A DNA stretch of 63,143 bases, counting the filler, from Reticulomyxa filosa (Eukaryota; Protista; Foraminifera): NCBI GenBank assembly GCA_000512085.1. It is 12 parts of 12 records of this genome, joined end to end, with 100 filler letters (N's around TTAATTAATTAA, not from the genome) between each part and the next. Parts side by side here need not be neighbours in the genome. Positions count along the whole stretch, not along the records: positions 1 to 4,451 come from ASPP01002748.1; positions 4,552 to 7,693 come from ASPP01019941.1; positions 7,794 to 12,266 come from ASPP01027665.1; 9 more parts are not named here. The stretch is one strand, 5' to 3'. Each line of letters opens with the position of its first letter. Position 1 is the stretch's first letter. Under the pieces are notes generated by a model, which saw nothing but the letters and a program-made list of their open reading frames with translations, was not told the origin of the DNA and did not search any database. Below are positions 1-12,366 of this stretch, piece after piece. Made by a program: the position numbers and the translations under genes.

Positions 1-1039
1 GAACAAATGATCTTTTTCATGAGAGGAAAACACTGTCAACAAACAAACACAAAGCAATCCATTGAAGATTTTCAAACAAAGAAGAGTCAGATTTTGTACT
101 ATAAATATTACACTTTAATGCATCAAATGCAGAAATAAGTAGGAAGTTATCTAGAAAAAACAAAAATCTATATTATTATGCCAAAGAAACAATGGTGCAT
201 CATAATATCTTGCAATGAATATCAACGGCTCTTTTATGATTTTCTACAATTTTATTGAAAATCAAATATATTTTTGAATTCTCCATGATGTATATTACTT
301 AAAAAATTTGAAAAAATGTTGATTTTTCATGAATAAACTTATGAACGTTTATATTGGTCCTTTTTTGGAATTTTTTTTCTGCCGTTGTAATGTCTTTTGA
401 AAAAGTATATCTAAGGAACAATAGCTAACACTTACCATGCAAATTGTACTGTTTTTATGTTTAGATTAATTTGGTGCAATTTTTTCCTCAAATTTATTTA
501 CATCTATAACCAGTTAAAAAGTGGTTTTTGTTATCTACAGTGAAGTAACTTTCATATATTTTTTCAAGTTTAAAGTTTCCAAAAAAGGACAGAGCACGCA
601 AAAGGAAAGAAAACATATTAGCTCAACTGACTACTTACAACTAATATAAAAAATTAATTTATGATGTTGTAATTTGCTATTTTAGAATGTATTTTTGAAA
701 GACTTAGTTATGCAATATCATATTCTTCAATGTTTCATTTGTCTGCAGTGATAGACAATCTTTGGACAATGTGGGCATCTAATGAAATTTCCAGTTTTAC
801 TATGAATAAAGCATTGGCGCTTGAGTTAGCATCATTTTAGAAACTACTGTAATTTGTTCATTTTCATTCGCATTTTTGTGTTTTTTGTATTTTTTGTTTC
901 GATGAAAAGTTATTTATAATAATTCACATAATTTGAAATACATATTTTTATTTCTTCCAAAGAAAAAGAGTTATATATTTTTTTAATTTGTTATTTGATA
1001 TTTTTGAAAAAAAAAAGTCTATCATTTGACCTAAACTTA

Positions 1040-1190
1040 GTCAGCCGTAGATTTTTGGATAAAGTGGTAGTGTAAGTCCGTCACAGTACCAAAGTTCTAA
1101 GAGAATCTTAGGCCCAGTTGTCCAAACTTTCTTCACAACAAAGCTCACTTTTCTCTCTTGGTTGCTATTTTCGTTGTCTTGTTGTAATTA
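1040..1190 (-). repeat. Candidate dispersed repeat, copy 1
   Basis: Reverse complement shares collinear blocks with 19255-19405, judged by eye. Confidence 0.35.
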
Positions 1191-1953
1191 TTCCTGATTA
1201 ATTTACTTTTTTTTTACTTGAACTTTATTCGGAACTAAGTTTCTTTTGTACTACACTCACTCACCGTTCACGCATTTGTTTCGCAAAATTATTATACATT
1301 AGAATGCAAAGTAAAGTTTACACATAAAACAGCACCTTATTCAACCTTGCAGTCGTAATCTATTCATAATGCTCCAAAACATGTAAAGCTAAAATGCTTC
1401 CACCAAATTTGTTCTTTTTGTTATAGAATTTTCATCTAATTGTTGTCAATCAATATTTCGGCAACAAAATAAATCAAAATGACAAAAATCAATATCGAAC
1501 ACATAAAAAAAAAAGATAAATCTTAAAAATTGTTTAAAAAAAGATTGTCAAATTTCATGACTACGAGAAAAATACGATTGTCAACTTTTTTTAAGAAATT
1601 TTACCAAATCAAATGAAAGATTAATTTTTGAAAAAATTAGAAAGACTTAATAAAAAACCAAAATTATATTTAAAAACTACACGATTTGCAGATCTTTTTT
1701 TTAAAAAAAATTGATTAAATATTGTTTTTTCATGTATAAAAGATAGAAATACTGACGTAGATCCTTTCTCAGACAGAATTAATAGTATTAGACTTACATA
1801 AAGTTTTAAGATATGAAAATACAAACATAAGTTAAAATATTATAAAAACCAGGAATAAAAGTACAAATAAAATATAATAATATTCTTTTAAAAATAGTGC
1901 AATCATTTCACTTTTTAATCTCGAAACACCGAGATAGCGAAAGTTATTTAGCA

Positions 1954-3227
1954 TTATTTTTTTTTGTTTGTTTTATATTTTACTGACAATTCTTTTTTTG
2001 AACATTTTGGCTCAAAATTTTTATAAAACAATTTCCGCAAGCATCGCAAATGTACTTTCATGTGTTGTTTCAAAGCAACTGGTGGATTGGCCATTCTTCG
2101 TATTAGTGAAGAGGCATCAAACAACTTATCTTCAATAACTTTTTCAACAACAATTGCCCATACATAAAACATATCGTCAGTGTGCATATCCATGTATTTT
2201 TCAAAGTATTGGACATATCGCTTTAACTCGCCAATTGGCAACTCACTACAATTCAGATCACAGAATATAGTTAAGTCTTTTAGCATCAATGGCGATAAAT
2301 TTAAAAACGCAATTTCTTTACAAATTCGTAGCTAAGGAAAATCAGTAAACAAAAAAATACGTTTTGCATAAGTTTTAAAATTTTTATTTCATTTTATGAA
2401 TTTGAACATGTGCACACGTAACAGTTCCGGGCCAGTTTTCCTTTTCCCATTGTTGCAATAGTCGTGTTTGTGCATGATTGATTAGTTTCAGAACAACGTC
2501 CAATGTTTCCGTTTTTTTATCAGCGTCACACGACAACTGGAGCTTGCACTTATTTTTCGAGGAGTGATACAATATTTCGGTTGAAAGGTGAACAAACCGA
2601 GTTTTAGAGTTGGCAATTGGATACTGTTTTAGCAAGTCAATAATATCTTCTACACATTGACATCTTTCTACACTCGATTCATCATAAATTACTTTGCTCA
2701 ATTGCACTAACATGTCAATTTTTTCCAAGGTCTCTTTATCCGTCAAGATTTTCAATTCTTGACATAATAACAGATATTGAGGGATCACTGTCAACCTCAT
2801 CTTTTGAAGCTCCGGATCCAATGGAAATTTTTCACAAACAGTAAGAGTTTGTGACCATGAACTAATTTTAAATTTATTTAAACATATAGTTCCTTTCTAT
2901 TATTTAAAACTTACAAAGTGAATATATTGTAAAGGCAAACCGGACTGCCATATTTTTCATGTCGTTTGGGGTCTTTGCGTTTTTCATATGAAATAATTTC
3001 TTGCATGCGTTTATGTAATAGATATTCCCAATCAATTCATTCCCCATTGCTTCCAGTTTTAGTCTTTGATTTTGCAATTCTGTTGAAAATTCGGCCTCAC
3101 TGAAGGTGGAGCTATGGGGTAAAACATTAAAAAACTGTAGCACTTGAGCGTAGGACGTATGAATATCTTCTTTTTCGAATAAATATTGAGCCGTTTCAAT
3201 GATGGCTTTTGCTCTTCTCAATGGCAT
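1954..3227 (-). CDS. Hypothetical protein; three consecutive ORF blocks, probably exons of one gene
   Basis: Same-strand ORFs 3227-2904, 2821-2384 and 2289-1954 with helical globular composition, separated by ~80-95 nt AT-rich intron-sized spacers. No family recognised. Confidence 0.55.
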
Positions 3228-3873
3228 AGCAACTGTCTAAATTTAAAGCTTTTGACTATGTTTTTATGATTTTGAAAATATTTATTTCCTAGTTATGAGT
3301 ATGTTGGTGTCCTTACTTTTTTTTTTTTTTTGCATTGAATTCTGTCGGGTAATGAAAGAAATATTGTTTACTGGAAGAACATGTAATACTTGTTACTAAT
3401 TTTTTGAGAGTAGCATTTTTTAAAAACATCATTATAATACTGTTGGGTTGAGCAATAGCAATAGTATCATTAGCAATCTATAATTTACGTTAACTAAATT
3501 TAAAAGTGTAAATGCTGGTTTGTTTTTTTTTTTTTTTTGGATTAAAAAAAATCTATCAAACAAAACGAATTTAGAAGGAAAGAGACATTGCAGTGTCCAT
3601 GAAGATGCCATGTTTTTGTCTTTGTCAAAGAATGTTTATTGATGTACAACTCGAGTTTTTGGGTCTTATTTTCCAAAAAAAAAATTGTTTGTGAAACAAA
3701 AGATTTGTATCAAAATACAAGCCATGATATCTAACAACAACAAATTGACATAAAGTATTTCCAAACAAACAGTCTAAAGTTTGAATAAGAGAACGTATGT
3801 TTGGAGTGCGTGGATGGCAGGGAGAGGGGGAAAGGAGGGGAAAAGGAGGGGGGAGGGAAACAAAGGATTCATT

Positions 3874-4388
3874 TTAAGGAGTGTAGAGCATGTGAATATT
3901 GAAGGCGGAGTCAGGAATTTTGACTTCACGAAACACGTCTTCAGTATGCTTTCGAATGATTCGAAAGGTGCACGCGATTTGTTTGGAGTCGAGAGCAGAG
4001 ATGACAAAAGAGAGCACACGTTTATTTTTCTCCTGAGCACACTGCAAAAAAGTATCGCAGATATGATCCAAGCACGAATAAAAGTGATCCAACCTTCCCG
4101 AATAACTCCGAAAAAGAGAACACGTAGTAATTGGGATGTGATCTTGTTCCACTTTTCTTTCCAATAGATCAGCTTTATTGAAGATAAGACAATACACGAG
4201 GTCTTTCTTTTCCTCCCAAGCTTGACAAGAGCACAAGTCCCTCCAAAGATTGTATTGATCTACCATTCCATTTGCATCATTTTCTTCGTACAGTATTCTA
4301 TCATAGCATGCCAAATCAACCACATACACCACACAGCGCGACTCTTCCCACAAACAATTCCATTTTTTTCTTTCTGATCTTCTTCCAC
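3874..4388 (-). CDS. Heterotrimeric G-protein alpha subunit, last exon (5' part lost in gap)
   Basis: GGRRSERKKW (switch II), VVYVVDLACYDRILYEE, LIFNKADLL (G4 NKxD) and VISALDS (G5) are collinear with G-alpha. Acceptor ttttgcaAG at 4390-4389; TAA stop. Confidence 0.93.
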
Positions 4389-4451
4389 CTTGCAAAAAAA
4401 AAAAAAATCCACATATATGTTTATACATATACGTACATATATATATATATA

Positions 4452-4551
4452 NNNNNNNNNNNNNNNNNNNNNNNNNNNNNNNNNNNNNNNNNNNNTTAAT
4501 TAATTAANNNNNNNNNNNNNNNNNNNNNNNNNNNNNNNNNNNNNNNNNNNN
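4452..4551. other. Assembly gap spacer N44-TTAATTAATTAA-N44; also at 7694, 12267, 30765, 40778, 43178, 46268, 47381, 53807, 59367 and 61296
   Basis: Identical 100-bp cassette with a six-frame stop linker occurs 11 times, usually next to homopolymers or microsatellites. Confidence 0.99.
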
Positions 4552-4587
<36 letters not shown>

Positions 4588-4645
4588 CAACCGAATAAAT
4601 CAATCAATTAACATAACAAAAAAAGCATCTTAACATATAGATACA

Positions 4646-6625
4646 TTATACAAACTGTTCTCTTTCGTTTTGCAATACTTTTTCCAATTCTTTCTTTTCG
4701 CTTTCAACTGCCACTACCTTGGCCTTGAGTGGCTCCATTGTTCGCATATCATTTTTTAAGCTTTCGATTTCTTTCTCTTTTGTTCGAACTTGTTCCAGCA
4801 ATGAATACACCTGCTTTCTCACGTTTTCACTTTCTTTGGTCATATTTTGGATCACCTCTTCGCTAGATCTTGCCGATACAAGCAAATGCTCGTTTTGTTG
4901 TATCAAATGCTCGCATTTGCACTCCAAGTTTTTGCAAAGCGAACTCAGCTGTGCATATTTTTGATCGTGCAAGACTGTTGTCTCTTCGTGTTCCTGATGG
5001 AGTCGGTCTTGCTCATTTTTGGACTCCACTTCTCTTGCTTGATAGAATTTGATCTGACCCTCCATTTTACTCAGCTTCTCACTCCAACTATTTTGTTTCT
5101 CTTGCAATGTCTCGTTCAGATGCTTTGTGGTGTTTGTTAACGAGGTTTGCAGTGCATCCAACTCTTGCTGCTTCAGAGTCACTTGTGCGAGCAGGCGATC
5201 ATTTTCATGGGTCATCTTTTCCAACTCTGCTTGCTTACTGTCCAATTGCATGTTGCAATCGCTCAACATGTGGTTGAGTGAGTCAATGGTCACATGCAAT
5301 TCCTTGCTAGTATTCTCGAGCTTGGCAATGTCCGTGCCATGTTTTTTTTCAAGTTCGAAATGCTCCGATCCCCATTTTGCAGTTTTTGTTTGCAAGTCTT
5401 GTTGCAATTGTTCTATGCAAGCTTTGTCTTGTGCGGCAGTGGAGTGGAACTTATGTTCCAATTGCTTTTGCTCCAATGACATTGTTTCAATAGTTCGAGT
5501 CAACTCATGCACTTGTTGTTCATATGTCATTTTCAAAGTTTTATTTTCACTTTCGTGCTTTGCTTCAGAGTCGGACAACGCCAGTTGTAATGACTGTATG
5601 TTATCCTGTAAATGTTGTGTTTCTGTTTTTAAACTTTCATTTGTGCTTCCAAGAGTTTGCAGCAAATGCTCCCTTGCACTTAATTCCTGTTGGAATTCCT
5701 CCAGCTGCTTTTGCTGACTTGCAAGTGCGTCTTTTTTAAAATTGGACATGTCTTCGTTTTGTGCCAGCAACTTTGATAGTAGACATGTTTCGATCATTTT
5801 TTTCCATGCATCAAATGCACTACTCATTTCGGATGATAACAACTCTTTGAGTTGGTTCAGGTCGCAATGAAATGCAGTTAGAGAAGTACTCATTTTTTGA
5901 AATTGTTCTTGCTGCTTTTCAAAGAGCAATTTATTTGACTCCGTCAACCTTTTATTCTCTTCTATCTCATTTTCATAGTGCTGCATTCTAAACAAGTTCT
6001 TTTTATTATTTTCAGTTAGGCTGGTATAATCTTCTAACAGTTTGTTATACGTTGTCAAAATTTTTTGCAAATGCTCCTCCAACTTTTTATTCTTCTCTTG
6101 GAATTCATTGCATGTCATTAGCTTTTCAATTTCCGCGCTTTTGTTGTAAATTTCGGTCTCAAGTTGTTTTGTCTTTTCTTTCAACTTTTTTTACAAAATA
6201 ATACAAAATTTTGGTGTACACCCCCAGTGTTCACAAAAAGGGGTAAATTAATTTTTTTTGAGATAAAAATATACTTCTTCTTTTTCCAATGTGATTTCTT
6301 TCAATTTTAAGGTGATTGCTGCCAAATTTTTGTCAGTTAATTGTTGTGCATCTTGGATTCGCTCTTCTTGCTCTTTCATTTGTATTTTCAAACTTCTAAT
6401 TTTTTCTTTGCTGTTGTCTTTAAAAAGTCGAAATTCTAGCTCGTGTTTTTCTAAAATTTGTTGGCAATGTTTGGCCTGGTAGTTATTTTTCACAAATGTG
6501 GTCATCACTGGAGAAAACTTCTTTTCCAAATTTTCCAGTGTTTCTGCATTTGCGTCTCTTTTTTTTTTGATAAACGATATTTGTATATTACTTTTCTTTA
6601 AGTAACAAAATATTTGAAGTAGCAC
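4646..6625 (-). CDS. Long coiled-coil protein (>600 aa; 3' end runs into gap)
   Basis: 512-aa E/K/Q/L-rich heptad ORF plus an upstream exon (~6557-6275). Donor-like GTATAA at the ORF end is followed by a T-rich intron entering the gap. Confidence 0.8.
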
Positions 6626-7298
6626 TTCGGTATAGCGTTTATTTTCAAAAAAAGGAAATTTCTCTCCAAAATAAACTCAAGAAAACTTAGCCATAAAAAA
6701 AAAGTGATGTTTTAACGGATAATATCTGCGCAATAAATTGCGCAAAAATAAAAGGTTTGGTTTCACGGCCTCCTCCAAATTTTCGGTATCACACAATGAC
6801 GTATCGTCCCAAGACATCATGAATTATCGACTTGGCAAATTAATTCGAAAAAAGACTAAACATAAAACCAAAACTAGAAAAATTATGAGAACCAAGCACA
6901 TCGAAGCCTTCGTCTGTTGCTGTGAAGACAAAGTGACGAAAAAAAGAGATTGGCGAGAAGCATATCATCCTAATGACACAAAATAATAAAATTTATTTTA
7001 CGAAGGAGTGCACAAAGTAGCTACGATTGTACAAATGATTGTTGAACTTGTTCCCTTTGAGGAAAAAATTCTTGTTATCACATAAACTGTGTTGGGCACA
7101 CAAAAATGCAATAAATTATTTTCTTTAGTCATCTAATACACAAGTAAAAGTCTGAAGGCTGATACAAATTCAATGGACACAAGTATACAACATTTTTAAA
7201 AAACTATTTTTTTGTCATCGCAAATGGCGAATTAGACAGTCAGGGTGTTGAAAAAATTTTATTGATCGTTCGTCAATAGATAGATATAATATAACAAA

Positions 7299-9077
7299 AT
7301 GTCGCACAGATTATCGACCAAACTGGAAATGGCAGACAAAAATGAAGAAGAAGAGGAAGAAGAAGATGAGGACGAGGATGATAATATTCGACCAGAAACA
7401 GAGCAGCTGCCAACAGACACAGACGATGATTCAGGGGAAGCGCTCAATCCATTTCGAGTCCGAAAGCGTCGAACAACTTGGAACGAAGGCAACCGACAGT
7501 ATATTTGTTACTATACAGTCCTACTTTTGTTGGCAATTGCCATAGGATTGGGACTTGGTTTTTTCATCGGCCTAGGTGTGGAGACGTTGAGCCTAAAAGC
7601 AACAAATAAATACGTATAAAAAAGAGTTTATTTTGATGGATGTTTCGTTCCCTTCCTTTGTTAATTATCCCATCCAACAATAACAGCAACAACNNNNNNN
7701 NNNNNNNNNNNNNNNNNNNNNNNNNNNNNNNNNNNNNTTAATTAATTAANNNNNNNNNNNNNNNNNNNNNNNNNNNNNNNNNNNNNNNNNNNNTGTGTAT
7801 ACGTATATCCAATATTTAATAAAGTATATACATATATATTATATATATATGCATATATGTATATAATCGCTTAAAAGGGACACTTAGGTACGGATAAATT
7901 ACGTTGGTGCGTGCCGCATTTTGCGCAGGAAGATGCAGACATGGTGTTTTGGGAGTCGCTGATGAATGACGCGGGGTCGAACCGCTTCTCGAATCTGGAC
8001 TTGTATGAAGTGTGGGTCCGCAATGTCGCACAAATGCCAAAGCACCCGACTTATGGTGTCATCAACACTGGCGAAGCGGCGGGCAGGTATGGCGACAACT
8101 GCCAGGGCGTGGAGTGGTGCAAAATGACGGAGGAAGTCAATATTTTCTGGTGGGCAAAGATAGAGCCTTTGTATCGTGATGTCACCAGTATGCTCACCGT
8201 TGCTTTCCAACGAGGCTGTTCCGGAAAAACTGATTCGGTTGAACCTTGTAAACATCTGCAAATTACTTGGCATCCTGGTTATATTTTATTATATTATTTT
8301 GTTGTATACGTACATATATATGTACACATATATGCATATATATATAAAGGTCCTCATGGCCATCGATTAAATGCAGAAGTCCTCGGCCATTGGTTGCTGA
8401 AGGTAACATTGGAGGGACTACAGAAATATGCCTCCGAAATTGAAAAACGATTGACCAAAGATGGACGACCAACTTTGTCATTGGAATGTCTATTGGCCGA
8501 TCCTTCCCGAAAAGACGTCCCCAAGCAACCCTATTTCTGTAATGACAAGTGTCGCGAACCAAGTTGGTGTGCATCGACCTTCTTTCCGGCTCCAATTCAC
8601 ACTCAATTAGAAAGGTTTTTTTTTTTTTTTTTTTCCTCCTCCCCTCCCCCCCTTCTCCTCTTTATTGCATTTCTTTAGTTGTGGCCTATCTTATACTGTA
8701 GCTTCGTGCTCAAGGGTGATGGATGGATATCGATCGATACCACCGATAAGCGAACACAACCATTGATTTTGCGCACAGGGGGACAGAACCCAATCGATCA
8801 CAAAATCGAGTTCCAAACAAGTACGTTAGGCAGCGAACTCGTGATTCAAGTCAAAGTACCGACATGTTGTATTGTCATTCCTCGCTCCATCAGCCAGAGC
8901 GGACAAGAGTGGCATGACCAATTTGAATTTAAAATTGACAACGAACGCGTTGAATGTGAGTTAGGAAATGATGCGTGCACTATTCGAACAGGGGCTGGCA
9001 AACATGTACTGACCGTTCGCTATGCCTCTAAAACAAAATGGGACTTTGCCTCCATTGACATGATTGCGGCCATGTAG
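7299..9077 (+). CDS. Type II membrane protein with SGNH/GDSL-like hydrolase domain (middle lost in gap)
   Basis: Acidic N-terminus and TM helix YYTVLLLLAIAIGLGLGFFIGLGV. After the gap come GHLGT..WC (block II-like), DMVFWESLMND (block III) and WHPG|PHGHRLNAEVL (block V). Introns 8278-8349 and 8615-8701 restore the frame. Linkage across the gap is inferred. Confidence 0.65.
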
Positions 9078-9557
9078 AAGCGAAGCATCGTGCAAGTGAA
9101 CACTGCTCTATAGTTATTGTCCCTCTTTTATTGTTGGTTTTGCTTTTCCCTCCTTCCACAACCGCAAACATGATACTCCACGGTTATGATTCTACGGTGT
9201 GGGTTCTCAAGTTTACACCTTTTTTTTGAACTGTTTTCAACAAATAATCCTTCTTATTTTGATCTCAAATACTTACATGTAACGTGTGTCTAAGAGAGGG
9301 AGTTTAAACAAAGTTTCGATTTTACCCACACACTTTTCGGTAATTTACTGAGTTCTAATGTTAATGAAACTACTATATTATTCTTTAAAAAAGAATTCTG
9401 TAGAGAACAACAAAGCAAAATTTTTGTATGGTATAGTAATTCTGGCTCCAAGTATTGCCGTAATGTCAATTACAATGTATCCAACGAATAATCAAACACT
9501 TTATTAAAAAACAAACCAAACCAACCCTCTTGTCCGAATTTTTTTTGTTTTTTGTTA

Positions 9558-12229
9558 TTATTGAGACATTGCAATCCATTGCGTAGCAGCATGAAAAACA
9601 GTCAAATAATAGCCAGGCTCAGATCGTTGTTGATTTGGATCAATTAATGCTTCCAACAGCATCAGGTCAATTTGTGTCAAAATGGGCTGACTTTTCGAAG
9701 TATTGACAATTAGAAATATTACAATCTGACATTCATACAAAATCGCGATATAAAAAGAGACAAAACAGCAAAGAAAAAGGACAAAGGAGAAAGAGAAAAG
9801 GGACAGGGAAAATGCAAAACCAAACTGGTAGCAAGTCATCTCCAGTAATAAAGCTGTCATCCCCTCTTGGAGTGTTGGTAAGCATTTCCTTTTGCTTAAG
9901 GTCCAGTTCATGAGTTTCATAAATTGTGCGTGCAGTATTAACCAACGTTGTCAACTTTTCCGACGGCAGCAAGCTGTCTCGAAACAATGACAATTCGTAC
10001 ACTGCGCTCCGCCAGTTGTCGTTATTCTGCAATGTCGGCTACATTTTGTGTGTACAAGTCCAAGCTGACAGAGAAAAAAAAAAAGAAGTTATATACGTAT
10101 GTACGGAGTAATTTAATGAGTAGAAATGGAAAACTTTAATTCCAAAAAAACTTTGATCCTCTTTAATCAACTTGACAAGTTTAGCTTTTAAGACTCGCGT
10201 TTCATCTTTTGTCATTTCTTCGCAAATTGCCTTTAAGTGTTTATAGTATCCCAAAAAAAAAAAAACTCTCTTTTTTTTGGAGTGATAAAAATTGTACATC
10301 AATCAAGCAACACATAAACACAAACTGTTAATTCACCAATTTTGGACTGCAGTACGGTTTGTTCGATCGCCGATTCGACAAGAGAATTGACAGCGTCATT
10401 AATCTGCGACATCAAAGTGAGATCAACATCAGCAAAGTCATCCGATTGCGGTTGCAGATTGGGTGACAATTTTTTGAGTTTATTCAGCAATCGTTGTCGG
10501 AACTCGGGTCCTTTTTTTTCAAGAATAAACTCCTTTAAGGCATTCATAAACTCTCGGACAGTACTTAAGATCTTCTCCGACTTGGCGTATTTATTCCACT
10601 TATTCATAAAGTTGTTTCGAGAACGTCCTTCCACGGTATCATTGCGAAGAATGCTTGTCTTGATCTCTCCAAAGATTTTATCTTCTTCCTCTTCTTCCCC
10701 TCTCTCGGTCTCAACATCTGCGTTTTTCGCTGACGACTGCATTTGTCCCTCGTCTTCATCCACGTCGTCTTTGCATTCCAGATGCAGCGAGGACGTGGCC
10801 GGAAGCGCAATGGAGCTGCGCATGGATGACGAAAGTTGTCGGCGAGGAGCACCACTCATGGGTGACAAGATACTGTTTCTCGTATTACACTTATTTTTCA
10901 TAACTGTAATACGAAAGGCCGAATTTAGTTGGTTGGATGCGTTACTTGGGACAACTTTGCGGATTATCTGCGACTCGGGAACGATCGCCGCGTTTGCAGT
11001 TTCACTGCCGAGTGTAGTAAAATAGCGTTTCCCATTGACCGACCCATCACAATCTCCTTCCCCTTCCGTTAGCTCCACTCCATAATGCTTGCTTGGTGCA
11101 AAGTCGACTTCACCAATCCATCTTATTATTCCGACACGGTTTCTTGTCAATCGAACCGTATCATCAATTTCAAATGTCCGTGCCTTTTTTTTTTTTTTTT
11201 TTTTTTCTAAACCAATCAAAAATTTTTTTTTTTTTAAAAAAAAAAAAAAACACAAACTGAGAGAATTTGCTTTTGCAGCAAAGATCGGTGGAATTTCATG
11301 GAGAAATCTTCCCTTTGGGCGGTGGTTTTGGACTGCTTTAATACGTTTAATCGCAATTGTATGGCGTCGTTGATGGCAGCAACCTCGTGGCCTTTGTATA
11401 TGCGATCTTTTTTTCGGTCTTTGTAGTTGATCTGAATGGTTTCGTGGTCCGTCAAATAGCTGTTTTTCACATTTTCCCACGAATGGAATGACGTCACTTT
11501 GGCCACGCCGCCTCGCATTATCTCAATGTTCTCAATTCCATTCCGAGTCAATTTCAACACTCGTTCTTGCTTTCGTCCAAAAAACCCAAACTTGATCACC
11601 TCTGTCACATTTTTCGTTGCCAACAAACAAACAAACAACGATATGTTTGCATTGAGTGTATTGTGTATACGCACAAGCATATTTGTATACATACATATAC
11701 ATATACATATACATATATGATCGCATATGAATAGGTTGTATTTGTTTATTTGACGATTGGAGTTTAAGTGTTTATACTCCAACAAAACGGATAAAAAAAG
11801 TCCCCCTTTTTTTTTTTTTTTTTTTTTAAATTGTGATAAAAATAAAGAACTGAATTCTTCGTCTTTTAGCATTTTCAACCGGTCTTCCGTGTGTTTTAAT
11901 GCTCGATTTTTTTGCACTGTTCGGATATATGCAAACATGTATACGTACACATATGTGTAAAATTATAAGAGAGGGGAGGGGCTATCATTTGGATATGACA
12001 TGTGCCACAGAATCCATCCCCGACATGTCTTGTGTGTTTCGAACAGCGGAGAAGAGACAAACAAACCTCATCGTCAACTTGAATAACAGTGACTTGGCTG
12101 AAGATCGTCAAGTTGTAGCGAATGGCTTGCGTCCTGCTACGCGTTCGCAGCGGTGGGGAGGTCGGAGACGCCAGCGAGTTGCTTAACGACTGTTTCGAAT
12201 CTTCTCTCAACATAATCGATGTACTTGGA

Positions 12230-12230
<1 letters not shown>
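9558..12230 (-). CDS. VPS9-domain (Rab5-family GEF) protein with CAP-Gly and PH-like domains; 5' truncated by gap
   Basis: VPS9: LLPSEKLTTLVNTARTIYE...ITGDDLLP|IVIFLIV...SEPGYYLTVFHAATQWI. CAP-Gly: VGIIRWIGEVDFAPSKHYGVELTEGEGDCDGSVNGKRYFT. PH-like: KVIKFGFFGRKQERVLKLTRNGIENI. In-frame GT-AG introns include 11257-11184, 10325-10231 and 10134-10039. Confidence 0.88.
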
Positions 12231-12266
<36 letters not shown>

Positions 12267-12366
12267 NNNNNNNNNNNNNNNNNNNNNNNNNNNNNNNNNN
12301 NNNNNNNNNNTTAATTAATTAANNNNNNNNNNNNNNNNNNNNNNNNNNNNNNNNNNNNNNNNNNNN

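Noticed and set aside
730-830. Minus-strand RCPHCPKIVYHCRQMKH as a zinc-finger or transposase relic
   Set aside because: It is very short and stop-flanked, with no supporting transposase motifs.
4496-4507. Repeated TTAATTAATTAA as a biological repeat or CRISPR-like array
   Set aside because: It is always centred in N runs and is a six-frame stop linker added during assembly.
6738-6986. 82-aa basic ORF between divergent genes
   Set aside because: It has a non-ATG start, no motif and no clear splice structure.
10342-11025. Long antisense ORFs (also 5127-5717, 24228-24710, 30873-31394, 50105-50757)
   Set aside because: They are shadows of coding or low-complexity sequence on the opposite strand, with no independent motifs.
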